From assembly GCA_965226885.1 (NCBI GenBank), contig CBDDEL010000017.1, positions 64,001-128,000 on the forward strand: a stretch of DNA of 64,000 bases. The letters run 5' to 3'. Below are positions 51,698-62,897 of this stretch, in pieces; the first letter of the stretch is position 1; the number at the start of each line of letters is the position of its first letter. The DNA comes from Opitutales bacterium (GTDB lineage: Bacteria > Verrucomicrobiota > Verrucomicrobiia > Opitutales > UBA2987). A model generated the notes under the pieces. It saw only the letters and a program-made list of their open reading frames with translations, searched no databases and was not told the origin of the DNA. The translations under genes and the position numbers were made by a program.

Positions 51698-52982
51698 TGA
51701 TCGGACCCCATCTTTGCTACCACTTTAAGTGAGAGTATTTCCGTAGGTTTGGTATTGTAGGTTTTGCAGCGGGTGGCGCAATGAGGCCGTAGGCCGAATG
51801 GAGCCAGCCGCTGCTTTGTTGATTGTTCGCCAGAGTCTGGCAAATGTATTTGGGGAGAGAAAGCCTAATCGGCTGTGGGGGTGTTTCGCGTTGTATTTGT
51901 GTCGCCATTGTTCGACCACCACACGCGCTTCGGTCACGCTCAGGAACAGTTCCTGATTAAGGCATTCATCGCGCAAACGATTATGAAAGGATTCTATATG
52001 TCCATTCTGCCAAGGGCTTCCTGGATCAATGTATGCGATGGCAATTTCCTGTCGCTGCAGTTCTTCTTTGACTTGGTGGGCTATAAACTCCGATCCGTTG
52101 TCCGAGCGGATGCACTGAGGTTTGCCGTTCTCTCTTATGGCATCGTTCAATACCTCTACCACATCGGCACTTTTCAGTGAGCGCGCAACCTTAATGGCCA
52201 GGCATTGACGGGTATGTTCATCGATCAGTGTCAAGAGCCTGAGCGGACCGCCCCGGTCGGTGCGATCCGCCACGAAGTCCCAACTCCACACATGGTTGGG
52301 CTGCACTGCTCAGGTCGGGGTAGCCGTGGATTGGCCCTGCCGGCGACGGCGCTTGCGAGACGGCCGCACACCCAGTCCTTCGAAACGACGCACTTTTTGG
52401 ACGAATTTGCGACTCACGGGCCAACCTTCATGGGTCAACAAAGCGCGGATCCGACGATAGCCATAGCGCGGATGCTTCTTCGAAAAGGCAATGATGCGTG
52501 CCACCAGTTTATGCCTATACTCAGTAGCTTTCTTGGGTTCATACAGGTAGGTTGAGCGGTGCAACCCAAAATACTGACAGGCCCGACGCAGCGAGCACGA
52601 CCCTTGGGCCAATACATGCTTCACCGCTTCCTTTTTCTGCTTCGGGCCTACCATTTTTTTGCGTTCACCTCCTTGAGCACACGGTTCTCCAGCATCTGCT
52701 CGGCTACAATCTTCTTAAGCTGTGTGTTCTCGCGCTCCAGCTCCTTCAGCCGCTTGGCGTCACGCAGCTCCATGCGGCCATACTTTTTACGCCAACGATG
52801 GTAGCTTTGAGGACTGATATTGTGGGACCGACAGACATCCTGAATGCCTTTGCCTGCGTCTACTTCGCGCAGTATCGTTATGATTTGTTCAGGGGTGTAT
52901 CTTTTTTGCTTCATAGGTCTTTCCGGTAATTTCTCCAGAAAGACTCTCACTGGCAATGGTAGTGTTTTCGGCGGTCACATCA
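51698..52982 (-). mobile_element. IS3-family IS407-group element (1285 bp); orfA 52648-52914, orfB 51725-52654 with in-frame TGA at 52310-52312
   Basis: Imperfect IRs TGAT..GACC...CTACCA...AGTGAGAGT at both ends; MKQKRYTPEQIITILRE; WSWDFV, RSDNGSEF, PWQNGHIESF. Confidence 0.9.
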
Positions 52983-53285
52983 ACCACATAGTCTTTTAAA
53001 ATTTCCAAAATGTTCTAAAATAATATTTTTGTCCCATTTGTAATTATTGGATATGATTTTCACCAATTTACTTAAATGTTTTTTAAAAAACTTAATATTT
53101 TCCTGAATCTCTTTAATTGATATACCAGCATGTTTTCGATACTCCTCGACCAATTCCACTATTGCTGGAGTTGATCTACAATATTCATAATAAAATATTC
53201 CCTGCAAAGCGGGTTTACTGTATCCATCAAAATCCCACTCCTCGCGAGGTAGGGGTTCAGGAAGTGAATTAGGATTTTCAGCCAT
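52983..53285 (-). pseudogene. AT-rich hypothetical gene downstream of the integrase, 3'-truncated by IS
   Basis: ATG 3 bp after the integrase stop; frame runs into the IS end, which supplies the stop. Confidence 0.55.
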
Positions 53286-54215
53286 GTCTTATTTCTCTGT
53301 TTCGGCTGTAAAAACCATTCTCTTTGCCATTTCCATTGAGTGATCGTCTCTCAAATGCCCGTAGGTGTAGGTATTTGCAACCAACAGGCCGCCGTCTTTG
53401 TGCCCTACCCAACCGGCTATCGGTGCAAAATTAATTCCGGCTTCGATAGCATTGCTGACAAAGTAATGTCTGAAACTGTGGTGTGTGTAGTTAGGGATTC
53501 CGGCCTTTTTGCAGGCGGTGATTAATGCCTTTTTTGCACTCCTGATCGGGATTAGTAAATCATCCGCTCGAAGGGATTGCCGATCAAGAATTCTCTCAAT
53601 CAATTGTACCATGGCCGGAAACAAGGGAACTGCCCGGACTTCGTGGTTTTTTGTGCCGGTTTTCCCGCCAGTGACCAGGAAGATATTCCGTTGAAAATTT
53701 ATGTCTCCCAAGCGCAACTCAATAGCTTCCCCCAGGCGCATTCCTGAATAAGCCAGCAACTCGACTAAATCCGCCGCATGGATCGTCCGATCATCCGCCG
53801 TCCGGAGAGTGGAAACCAGCGCCCGGAATTGCTCCTGGGTCGGAATAGCGATGACTGATTTTTCCGCTTTCCTGCGTTTTATCAGTTTTACCGGGTTATC
53901 CAGCATGAGACCTTCCCGGATCGCGTATTCAAGAACCAATACAAACGTTTCCCGCTCATTGTTAAAGGTGGAGGCGGCAATCTCCCCGCTTCGCCTCAAA
54001 ACCCATTCCTGACAAGCCCTGTCGTTTATTCTGGCGACCGGGTGTAAACGCCGGGATGAAACCGGTACGGGGGTCGGGGTAAAACCGGTACGCTTGGAAT
54101 AAGGTTTAGGTTAGTAATTGCAGGTACGTCAAGGTTTAGGGTTTGGGAGTTGGTTTTGGGGATTGGCTTGGGGTCGGTGAGGAGGCCGGAGGCCGACGAG
54201 CCGGGCCCAAGGCGT

Positions 54216-54983
54216 TTATTGTTTTGTGCCACGGCGACGGCGTCGAGCATCGCGCAAGCGGTAGCTTTGCCCGTTGGCTTCGAGGATATGCACCCGATGG
54301 GTGAGTCGGTCCAGCAGAGCTCCGGTGAGCCGTTCGGAACCGAGCACTTCGATCCAGTTCTCAAAGGGCAGGTTGGTGGTGACGATGAGACTGGTGCGCT
54401 CGTAAGCGCGGCTGACCACGTCGAAGAGCAGTTCGGAACCGGTCTTGGAAAAAGGGACGTAACCGAGTTCGTCGAGGATGAGTAGGTCGAGCCTTTCGAG
54501 TTGCTTCATGAAGCGCTGCAGGTCGTGGTTGTCGCGTTGCTCGAGCATATGGGTAACCAGGGCGGTGACCCCGAAGAAACGGATCCGCCGGCCCTGGGCA
54601 CAGGCGGCAAAGCCCAGGGCGGTGGCCAGGTGCGTTTTACCGGTACCGGCGTTACCGAGGAGCAGCACGTTTTCGCGCTGGTCGACATACTCCCCGCGCA
54701 TGAGCTCTCGGATGAGCGCTTCGTTGATCGAGGGCTGCGCTTCAAAGGCGAAGCTCTCGAGGGTCTTGAGCACGGGGAAACGGGCGTTTTTGATCCGCCG
54801 CTGGGCGGCCCGCTGTTCGCGTTCAATGAGCTCCCGTTCGACCAGATGCAACAAAAAGGCGGCGTAATCGAGCCGGTCCCGGGAACAAGCCGCGGCCACC
54901 GCCGGCCATTCGCGCAGGATGGTGGGCAACTTCAGTTTCTTGAGGTGATGGTGTAACAGCAGCTGGTTTTTTTCTTCCTTCAT
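54216..54983 (-). CDS. istB: IS21 helper ATPase IstB
   Basis: GNAGTGKTHLA, LLILDELGY, TTNLPF..W, ALLDRLTH. Confidence 0.96.
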   Translation of the reverse strand: MKEEKNQLLLHHHLKKLKLPTILREWPAVAAACSRDRLDYAAFLLHLVERELIEREQRAAQRRIKNARFPVLKTLESFAFEAQPSINEALIRELMRGEYVDQRENVLLLGNAGTGKTHLATALGFAACAQGRRIRFFGVTALVTHMLEQRDNHDLQRFMKQLERLDLLILDELGYVPFSKTGSELLFDVVSRAYERTSLIVTTNLPFENWIEVLGSERLTGALLDRLTHRVHILEANGQSYRLRDARRRRRGTKQ

Positions 54984-56485
54984 AAAGCCCCTCCTGGAAT
55001 CTTGAGCAGTTCGCTGTAGGCACCGAGGTCAGGGGCGGCCACACGGACGTGACGCAGGTGTGGATGGCCGTCCAGCCGGAAGGTTCTGCTCCCGTAGTCT
55101 TCCTGAGGATAGAGATACTGGGCGATGGCCTCACGAGTCAGTCCCCCCTCCCGCAGGGCCGAGACGACGGCCTGCTGCAAGGCCGCCATGGGGTGTTTCT
55201 CCAACAGCCGCAGCACCCGGATATACTCCCGGGTGCCTTCGCCCCCGCATTGGCTTTCGAGCCGGCGTCTGAGGACCTGCAGGCACTGCGGCAACTGCCA
55301 GCCCGAGAGTGGGCGGGCGAAGTCCAAAGCGCCCGGTTTTTTCTCCAGCAAAGCCAGGTAGTGCACCGGCTCGAAAGAGACTTGCTCTTTATCCCAAATG
55401 CGGCGGTGCCGGGCCACCTCTTGGCCCCCACAGAAGATCACCACCTGCCGACAGGACCCTTCCACCACCACCGGATGGTGGGCGCAGCGCACCGGCACCG
55501 AATAGTCGTTGCACTCGAAGCGCACCAGCGAGAGGCTGCTGACGCAGGTCGAGCGTTTGCGGCTCGCTTCAAAGGGTATGGGCGGCAACGCCAGCATGAC
55601 GGCGCGCTCCTCGGCCAGCAGTTCCTTTTTCACCGCCCTTTTCCCGCGTAATTTACGCTCCATGTCCCGCTCACATGCCTCCAACAGCTTTGCGTTGAGT
55701 TCCTCCAGGTCCCGAACCTGCGGTACCGGTACCAGGAAGTTGGCCCGGGCATAACGCACGATCCCCTCGACCACGCCCTTCTCGTTGGGCCGGGCGGGCA
55801 GACAGAAGTGTTCCTCGAACAGGTAATGGCTCTGTAGCTGCAGAAACCCGTCGGTCAGCTTGCGTTCACGCGAACCGATAATCTTACCCACCGCCACCTT
55901 CGAGTTGTCATAGCTGATGCGCCGGGGCACCGCCCCGAAAAACTCAAAAGCTCGCAGGTGCCCCTCCCAGAAGCTCTCCGTGCACTCCCGTTCGAACACC
56001 TGCACGAAAAAGGCATCGCTGTAGGGCAGGCTCATGGCAAAAAATGGCCGCCTACGCAATTGCCCCGCCTCCTTCACCAGGGCATGACCGAAGTCCACCT
56101 GTCCCTCCCCGGGGCGGTGCTCCAGCGGCACGAACACTTCCCGCCGCCTCGCTCGCAGCTCGGCCACCACCTCCTTGACCGCCGTGTAGCCCCCTTGGTA
56201 GCCCTTCTCCCGACCCAAACGCTGGTAGATCCGTTTGGCCGTATGGCGCTGCTTCTTGGGCACGTTCCGGTCCGCTTTGAGCACCTCCTCGATCCAGCCC
56301 ACATACGGATCGATCTTGCGCTCTCGCCTCTTCTTGCGCCGGTCTCCCGGCGGCTGGGAATAGGCCAGCATCTTTCCCAGGGTCTCCCAGTGCAGTCCCT
56401 CTTCTCGCATTACAGAGCGCTTGCTCTGCTTGTCCCGCAGCACTTTGTGCCGCACTCTTGTCCATTGCTTCATATCTCGATACAC
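54980..56485 (-). CDS. istA: IS21 transposase IstA
   Basis: KQRHTAKRI, QVDFG, YDN, EKGVVE; AGGAGGA RBS before GTG. Confidence 0.96.
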   Translation of the reverse strand: MYRDMKQWTRVRHKVLRDKQSKRSVMREEGLHWETLGKMLAYSQPPGDRRKKRRERKIDPYVGWIEEVLKADRNVPKKQRHTAKRIYQRLGREKGYQGGYTAVKEVVAELRARRREVFVPLEHRPGEGQVDFGHALVKEAGQLRRRPFFAMSLPYSDAFFVQVFERECTESFWEGHLRAFEFFGAVPRRISYDNSKVAVGKIIGSRERKLTDGFLQLQSHYLFEEHFCLPARPNEKGVVEGIVRYARANFLVPVPQVRDLEELNAKLLEACERDMERKLRGKRAVKKELLAEERAVMLALPPIPFEASRKRSTCVSSLSLVRFECNDYSVPVRCAHHPVVVEGSCRQVVIFCGGQEVARHRRIWDKEQVSFEPVHYLALLEKKPGALDFARPLSGWQLPQCLQVLRRRLESQCGGEGTREYIRVLRLLEKHPMAALQQAVVSALREGGLTREAIAQYLYPQEDYGSRTFRLDGHPHLRHVRVAAPDLGAYSELLKIPGGAL

Positions 56486-57004
56486 TCCTCCTTTCTAGGA
56501 TAAGCGTACCGGTTTTAAAGCGCCCTCTTTACCGTACCGGTTTTTCCCCGGCGTTTACAACCGGGAGATTCCCAAAGTAAGGCCGCAATTTGTTCAGGCT
56601 GGTTTCCCTCCGCAGAGCCGAGGATTTTTTCAGATGAGTTTTAATGCTCTCATGCCACATCGAGGCGATTTCCCAAAAAGTGATCCGGCTATTCAGTTTT
56701 CTCCGGTTCAACCGGCTCACTTTATCCCGGAATACAATCATTCGCCGCTCGGCAAGTTTCCGATCCGTCGTCTTGAGTGAACGCCGATATTGCTTGCCGC
56801 CCCGCTTTACCCAAACATAGTAATTCGACGATGATTTATGACGGTAGAGATTTTCAGCAACTTTCCGAAAAGGTTTTCCAGAGGGCTTTTTTGACGGCTC
56901 CTTATCTTTTCCCTGCATACCAAAAAAATATAGGTTGCATTATGGGGGCAAGTCAATAATTAAAATATCTAAAAATAGTTGTAAAACATTGATTATCAAC
57001 ATAA

Positions 57005-57081
57005 TCGGGAGTAGCTCAGCTGGATAGAGCATCGGTTTTCTAAACCGAGGGTCGGGGGTTCGAGCCCCTCCTCCCGTGCCA
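57005..57081 (+). tRNA. tRNA-Arg (TCT)
   Basis: Cloverleaf: D arm GCTC/GAGC, anticodon stem TCGGT/ACCGA with loop TTTCTAA, GGTTCGAGCCC T arm, encoded CCA; 1-72 position is T/T. Confidence 0.93.
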
Positions 57082-57185
57082 TTTCTGGTTTGACTTCCCG
57101 GAACTCAATCTGATGTTTGCCCATTGGTTTCTTATACCACCAATTACACGGTTGAACGCAGGTATTGAAGTAGAGTTTCCTTCAT

Positions 57186-58769
57186 TCAAACAATGAGGCA
57201 TTCCCCGGTCATTTCCGGCGGTTTTTCAAGTCCCATCAGGTGGAGGAGGGTTGGGGCTATATCGGCCAGCCTGCCGCCTTCCTTGAGGCGAAGCCCCCGG
57301 CAACCTTCCCCGGCCCCCGCCAGGACAACTTCCACCGGGTTCAATGTATGGGCGGTATGGGGAACCTCGTTTTGAGGGTCCCACATTTGGTCGGCATTTC
57401 CGTGGTCAGCGGTCACGAGGGCTGCCCCGCCTGCTTGCTCAAGGGCTTCGAGCAATTCCCCGAGGCAGGCATCGACCGTTTCACAGGCTTTGATGGCGGC
57501 CTCCAGCGAACCGGTGTGGCCGACCATGTCGGGGTTGGCGAAGTTGACCACAATCAAACCATATTTGCGGCTCAGGATGGCTTCTTTGGTGGCCTCGCAA
57601 ATTCCGCGGGCAGACATCTCGGGCTTGTGGTCGTAGGTGGGTACATCCCGGGGACTGGGAATGAGGGCGCGCTCCTCGCCCGGAAAAGGTTCTTCGCGGT
57701 AGTCGTTGAAAAAGAAGGTAACGTGGGGATATTTCTCCGTTTCGGCGCAACGAAACTGGGCAATGCCCGATTGACTGACGTATTCGCCCAGGGTGTTTTT
57801 CATTTTCGTGGGCTTGGGGAAAAGCATATTTTTACAGAGACCTTTTTCATACTCGGTCATGGTGACGAAAAACAGGTCGAGTTTTTTCTCCCGTGGAAAC
57901 TCGCTGAAGTCATCATCGATAAAGACTCGCGTAATTTCTCTGGGGCGGTCACCCCTGAAGTTGAAAAATATGACCGTATCGCCGTCACTTATGGGGCCGG
58001 AGGGTTCTCCATTTTCATCGGCAATCCAGGTGGGCGTAATAAATTCATCGCCTTTGAGGGAATCGCCAGAGGGATTGTCATAATAACGCTGCACGGCTTC
58101 CTCGGCGCTACGGGCGCACTGCCCTTCTTTGCCGACCAGACAGTTGTAGGCTTTCTCGACACGATCCCAACGCCGGTCACGATCCATCGCCCAATAACGC
58201 CCACAAACAGAAGCAATTCGGCCGATCCCGATTTCTTTGCACTTGTTCTCGATCTGATTAATGTAGCCAAGACCGCTTTGCGGCGGGGAATCGCGGCCAT
58301 CGGTCAAGGCGTGGATGCAGACATCGAGATCGGGCACCAATTTATCGCGGGCGACTTCCAGTAATTTGTAAAGATGTTCCAGGGTCGAGTGGACTCCGGC
58401 ATCCGAAACAAGTCCCATGAGGTGCAGTTTTCCACCATTGACCCGCAGGCGGGTCAGCCCGACTCCGATCACCGGCTTGAGCAACACTTCCCCGGCGGCA
58501 AAGGCTTTGTCGATACGAACGATCTCTTGCGGGGCAATCCGCCCAGCCCCAATATTCTGGTGGCCTACTTCGCTATTGCCGAAAATCCCGGCGGGCAAAC
58601 CGACATTGAGCCCGCTAGCGCAGATCTCTGTGCTGGGACAGGTTTTGGCAATGGCATCCGAAACCGGGGTTTCAGCCAGCTTAACGGCATTAAAAGCGTC
58701 GTGCGCCTGATGGGGGTTCACCCCCCAGCCATCGCGAATGATTAATACAACCGGTTTGATGTCTTTCAT
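57186..58769 (-). CDS. gpmI: 2,3-bisphosphoglycerate-independent phosphoglycerate mutase
   Basis: [41 protein letters not shown]. Confidence 0.97.
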   Translation of the reverse strand: MKDIKPVVLIIRDGWGVNPHQAHDAFNAVKLAETPVSDAIAKTCPSTEICASGLNVGLPAGIFGNSEVGHQNIGAGRIAPQEIVRIDKAFAAGEVLLKPVIGVGLTRLRVNGGKLHLMGLVSDAGVHSTLEHLYKLLEVARDKLVPDLDVCIHALTDGRDSPPQSGLGYINQIENKCKEIGIGRIASVCGRYWAMDRDRRWDRVEKAYNCLVGKEGQCARSAEEAVQRYYDNPSGDSLKGDEFITPTWIADENGEPSGPISDGDTVIFFNFRGDRPREITRVFIDDDFSEFPREKKLDLFFVTMTEYEKGLCKNMLFPKPTKMKNTLGEYVSQSGIAQFRCAETEKYPHVTFFFNDYREEPFPGEERALIPSPRDVPTYDHKPEMSARGICEATKEAILSRKYGLIVVNFANPDMVGHTGSLEAAIKACETVDACLGELLEALEQAGGAALVTADHGNADQMWDPQNEVPHTAHTLNPVEVVLAGAGEGCRGLRLKEGGRLADIAPTLLHLMGLEKPPEMTGECLIV

Positions 58770-58785
58770 TGTTAAAAAGGATGGT

Positions 58786-59826
58786 TCAGGCCGAACCGAT
58801 GGTTAAGCTGATTATGGTGACCGTGACCGAAAGATAAACAAACAAAAGGAGCAGCCCAAAAGGCCGGCCCAGGTTATCCTTGGAGAGAAAAATACCAAGC
58901 CTGAAAATTATAAGCACCGAGATCATGGCGGGAAAAAGAAAGCGGAAAAAATGAGGCGTCGCCATCAGACCATCACCGGTGACGGCGGCGGCAGCACCTG
59001 CCACAAAGAGGACATTGAGAATGTCCGCCCCGATAACATTGCCCACGGCCAGCTCTCCATGACCTTTCCTGACCGCTGTTATGGCGGTGACAAGTTCCGG
59101 CAAAGAGGTGCCGAATGCCACCAGGGTGGCCGCTATGATGCTGTTGGGGATGCTCAGCCGGTGGGCGGTCTCTTCCACTGCGGGGATGAGGACTTGAGAG
59201 GACAGCACCACAAGGGCGATGGCAAATAGCAGTTTTAATAAAACCAGATAAGCGGCGCCCTTCTCTTTTTTAGCATGAAGGATGACGGAATCATCACCGG
59301 AACCGCCGGTTTTGACCCAGCGCACGGAGAGGTAGAGATAGGCTGCCAGGAGGAATAAAAACAGCATACCCATTGCCTGGGGAAGCCGCCCGCCCCGAGT
59401 GAATACCTCCCCGAGGTTGGACCACGGCAGACAAGCAATGACGAGGAGAAACCCGGCGCCCAGCTGAATCCAGCCCTGCCGGTTGACAATGGCGCGGTTC
59501 AATGGCAAAGGCGCCATCACGGCGGCTATGCCGAGGATCAGCCCGGTGTCGCAAATAATCGAGCCCACGGCATTGCCCAGGGCGAGGCTCGGTTTGCCCG
59601 CCACGGCCGCCAGCACCGATACGGCCGCTTCCGGCAAGGTAGTTCCGAGGCTGACTATGGTGGCCCCGATGAGGACGGTGGGGATTCCCCATCGCAGGGA
59701 GAGCGCAACGGCTTCGTCCACCAGAATATCGGCCCCTTTACATAGGGTAATAATAAATGCGGCAATAATCAGAAAAAGAATGGGCAAGGATTGGCCTTGC
59801 ATAAACTGGCTGAGAATCTCTTCCAT
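58786..59826 (-). CDS. Calcium/sodium antiporter (CaCA, YrbG-like)
   Basis: Two alpha repeats SLGTTLPE...GNAVGS and AFGTSLPE...GNVIGA. Confidence 0.92.
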   Translation of the reverse strand: MEEILSQFMQGQSLPILFLIIAAFIITLCKGADILVDEAVALSLRWGIPTVLIGATIVSLGTTLPEAAVSVLAAVAGKPSLALGNAVGSIICDTGLILGIAAVMAPLPLNRAIVNRQGWIQLGAGFLLVIACLPWSNLGEVFTRGGRLPQAMGMLFLFLLAAYLYLSVRWVKTGGSGDDSVILHAKKEKGAAYLVLLKLLFAIALVVLSSQVLIPAVEETAHRLSIPNSIIAATLVAFGTSLPELVTAITAVRKGHGELAVGNVIGADILNVLFVAGAAAAVTGDGLMATPHFFRFLFPAMISVLIIFRLGIFLSKDNLGRPFGLLLLFVYLSVTVTIISLTIGSA

Positions 59827-60040
59827 GGATACTATTGAAAATTGAGCGGGATCAGTTTGAAAAATCGGACTCAGGATAATTTATAAAGAAAAAGTATAGG
59901 GCAACCCCAGCCGAATAATCTCACAATAAAAGGAAAGAAAATGCGCGAATTGTCGATAGCAGTTCTTTATTTTTCTCTTAGCTTGACTTGCCCGGAGAAC
60001 CTAGCATTGTTTCGCCGGTTACTTTGCAGGGGGCAACCCA

Positions 60041-62884
60041 ATGGGTAAAATTATGGCTTATAATTACAAAGATACCCTTAATTTACCGCAGACGGAATTT
60101 CCCATGAGGGGAAACCTGGCCAAGAGAGAACCAGCCAGGATTTCGCACTGGGAAAAGCTGCGGCTGTACGAAAGAATCCAGGAGCAAAACAGCCATGGAA
60201 AATCATTTGTCCTGCACGACGGTCCCCCTTTTACCAATGGGGACGTACACATAGGGACGGCTTTAAACAAGATCCTAAAAGACATCATTTTGCGCTACAA
60301 GGCCATGAACGGCTGGCGTACGCCTTATGTGCCGGGCTGGGACTGCCACGGTCTGCCTATTGAACACAAGGTAAGCCAGCAGTTGCAAAAGAGCGGGCAA
60401 TACCGCACCCCGGCTGAAATCCGGCAGGCCTGCGCGGAGTTTTCCAACCACTTCATCGATGTGCAGCGCGCACAGTTTAAACGGCTCGGCGTGGCGGCCG
60501 ATTGGGCGCGGGAATACAAAACCATGAACCCTGCCTACGAGGCCGAGATTCTGCGCACTTTTGCCGGTTTTCTGGATAAAGGCATGGTTTACCGCAGCAA
60601 AAAACCGGTTTACTGGTCCATTCCCTGTAAAACAGCCCTGGCAGAGGCGGAAATCGAATACAAGGACCATATAAGCCCATCCGTCTGGGTTAAATTTCAG
60701 GTAGCTGCGACCGGGAAAAATGATTTACCATTTGAGGGACCGGTTTCCGTGGTCATTTGGACGACCACACCCTGGACTCTTCCAGCCAACCTGGCCATTG
60801 CCCTGCATCCCCGGCTTCTCTACGCCGAGGTGCGTCACGAGGGCCGCAATTACCTCGTGGCCGAAGCGCTGGCCAAGCAATTTATCGAGGATTGCGACCT
60901 GCAAGGGGCCTCCTTAGGGAAAATGCATAGGGGGGAAGACCTTGAGGGGATTGAAACCAGGCATCCTTTCATCGACCGTGCAAGCCCCATCGTCCTGGCT
61001 GACTACGTCACCACGGATTCGGGAACAGGCTGCGTCCACACGGCTCCGGGACACGGGCTGGAGGATTACCTGACCGGAGTTAAATACCAACTGGAAATCT
61101 ACTGCCCCCTTGATGATGAGGGTGGATATGTCGATGATGGACGCATCCCGCCAGATTTGGTGGGAATGACCGTACTGGAGACCAAAGGGCATTGTCCGGC
61201 CAATGAAGGAGTGCTCAAAATCTTGCGGCAATGTGGCGCCCTCCTGCAGGAGAAAGAAATCGAACACCAATACCCGCATTGCTGGCGGTCGAAAACACCG
61301 GTCGTCTTTCGCGCCATGGATCAATGGTTCGTCTCTCTGGACCACAACGACATGAGGCAAAAAGCTTTGGCCGAAATTGAAAACGTCGATTGGGTGCCAA
61401 GCTGGGGCCTAAACCGCATCCGGGGAGCTGTCGAAACGCGTCCGGACTGGTGCATCAGCCGGCAGCGTTCATGGGGCGTGCCCATTCCGGCCTTTTTCGA
61501 TGAGAACGGCGAATCCTATATCGACGCTTCGGTGGTGCGCGCCCTAGCGAATAAAATCGAAAAACAAGGCACCAACTACTGGTTCGAAAATGATACCGAT
61601 GAATTGCTCTCGGGAATCGATTTGCCCGATTCCTGGAAAGGCAAGAACCTGCTGCCGGGCAAGGATACCCTGGATGTGTGGATCGATTCCGGCTCCAGCC
61701 ATCTGGCCGTGCTCAACCATAATGAAGACCTTCATTGGCCCGCCGATTTGTATCTGGAGGGCAGCGACCAGCACCGGGGCTGGTTCCAGTCCTCCCTCTG
61801 GACGAGCATGGTGGTGAAAGGCAGGGCGCCCTACAAACAAATCGTCACCCACGGTTTCATCGTCAACCAGGACGGGGCTAAAATCAGCAAAAGCGAGGAG
61901 GAGGGCAAAAAGAAATCCGGCAAAACCAAACCCAATACGTCGGATTATTTCGTCAGCCGATTCGGCGCCGATATACTGCGGTTGTGGGTCAGCTCGCAAG
62001 ATTATCGCAACGACATACCCGTTTCGGAGGAAATTTACAGCCACGTCACCCAGGCTTATCGTTCCATTCGCAATACATTGCGTTTTCAGATCTCTAATTT
62101 GTTCGATTTCCAGCCCGAGGAACACACCGTGCCCTTCGCCCAGCTGACCATGTTGGACAAATGGGCTTTGCATAAAACGGCGGAATTTCTCGCCGATGTC
62201 ACGGGGTCCTACCAAAAGCATGAATTTCAACGGGTTTACCAATCCGTTAACCGGTTCGTGGCTGTGACCCTGTCCGCCACCTACCACGATATTCTCAAAG
62301 ACCGCCTCTACACGCTGGGAACGAATTCCCATAAACGACGCTCTGCCCAGACGGCCATCCGACAGATTTTTAACATTTTGAACCGTGCCCTGGCGCCCAT
62401 CCTGGCCTTCACCACCGATGAGGTCCATGCCTTTGCCCAGTGTAATGAAGAATTTTGCGATGAATCCATCCACCAGCAACCCTGGCCCGTGGTTCCTCAA
62501 GAATGGTTTGAGAATGCGGAGGCCCGGTTGATGGAGGAATTGCTGCCAGTTCGCGTGGAGGTAAACAACCGGCTCGAAACCCTGCGCAAGGAAAAAGTCA
62601 TCGGCCAATCGCTGGAGGCGGTAGTTGTCCTGACAGGCCATGAGGAGGAAGGCCTGTTGGGCAAACTTAAGTGTTGCCAGGAAGATCTGGCGGAACTTTT
62701 TATCGTTTCGGAAGTCACCTTGAAAACCGACCCGCAATGCCCGCTGCCGCTTAAGGTTGAAGCAATGAAAAGCGAGGGAAATCGATGCCCTCGGTGCTGG
62801 CGCTGGGTTGGGGAAATTAGCGCGGAAGCGGACGAAAATACTATTTGTGAACGCTGTCAAACGGCCCTAGAGAACCTACCATAA
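60041..62884 (+). CDS. ileS: Isoleucine-tRNA ligase (type 1)
   Basis: HDGPP, HIGT, GWDCHGLPIE, EGSDQHRGWF, KISKS, C-terminal CPRC..CERC; start may be 60053. Confidence 0.98.
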   Translation: MGKIMAYNYKDTLNLPQTEFPMRGNLAKREPARISHWEKLRLYERIQEQNSHGKSFVLHDGPPFTNGDVHIGTALNKILKDIILRYKAMNGWRTPYVPGWDCHGLPIEHKVSQQLQKSGQYRTPAEIRQACAEFSNHFIDVQRAQFKRLGVAADWAREYKTMNPAYEAEILRTFAGFLDKGMVYRSKKPVYWSIPCKTALAEAEIEYKDHISPSVWVKFQVAATGKNDLPFEGPVSVVIWTTTPWTLPANLAIALHPRLLYAEVRHEGRNYLVAEALAKQFIEDCDLQGASLGKMHRGEDLEGIETRHPFIDRASPIVLADYVTTDSGTGCVHTAPGHGLEDYLTGVKYQLEIYCPLDDEGGYVDDGRIPPDLVGMTVLETKGHCPANEGVLKILRQCGALLQEKEIEHQYPHCWRSKTPVVFRAMDQWFVSLDHNDMRQKALAEIENVDWVPSWGLNRIRGAVETRPDWCISRQRSWGVPIPAFFDENGESYIDASVVRALANKIEKQGTNYWFENDTDELLSGIDLPDSWKGKNLLPGKDTLDVWIDSGSSHLAVLNHNEDLHWPADLYLEGSDQHRGWFQSSLWTSMVVKGRAPYKQIVTHGFIVNQDGAKISKSEEEGKKKSGKTKPNTSDYFVSRFGADILRLWVSSQDYRNDIPVSEEIYSHVTQAYRSIRNTLRFQISNLFDFQPEEHTVPFAQLTMLDKWALHKTAEFLADVTGSYQKHEFQRVYQSVNRFVAVTLSATYHDILKDRLYTLGTNSHKRRSAQTAIRQIFNILNRALAPILAFTTDEVHAFAQCNEEFCDESIHQQPWPVVPQEWFENAEARLMEELLPVRVEVNNRLETLRKEKVIGQSLEAVVVLTGHEEEGLLGKLKCCQEDLAELFIVSEVTLKTDPQCPLPLKVEAMKSEGNRCPRCWRWVGEISAEADENTICERCQTALENLP

Positions 62885-62897
62885 TACGAGAATAATT

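Larger units (their letters stand above)
54043..56559 (-). mobile_element. IS21-family element (2517 bp)
   Basis: IRs TGTAAACGCCGGG..AAACCGGTACGG, with a second internal AAAACCGGTACGCTT at each end; 6-bp direct repeat ACCGGG at 54037-54042 and 56560-56565. Confidence 0.96.
53289..56918 (-). pseudogene. Tyrosine recombinase/integrase split by IS21
   Basis: N-part 56560-56918 and C-part 53289-54042 join in frame (PYFGNLPV|ARINDRACQEWVLRRSG); catalytic motifs GMRLGE, TKN, HSFRH, VGH, TYGH. Confidence 0.92.

Noticed and set aside
56989..56999. FNR box (TTGAT...ATCAA)
   Set aside because: Spacer is 1 nt, not the required 4; more likely part of the att or promoter region.
57240..58364. 374-aa plus-strand ORF
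   Set aside because: Antisense shadow of gpmI.
59983..60010. sigma70 promoter before ileS (and a similar TTGACT before the RND operon near 31825)
   Set aside because: The best -10-like hexamers sit only 13 nt from TTGACT; spacing is unconvincing.
61544..62860. 438-aa minus-strand ORF
   Set aside because: Antisense shadow of ileS.
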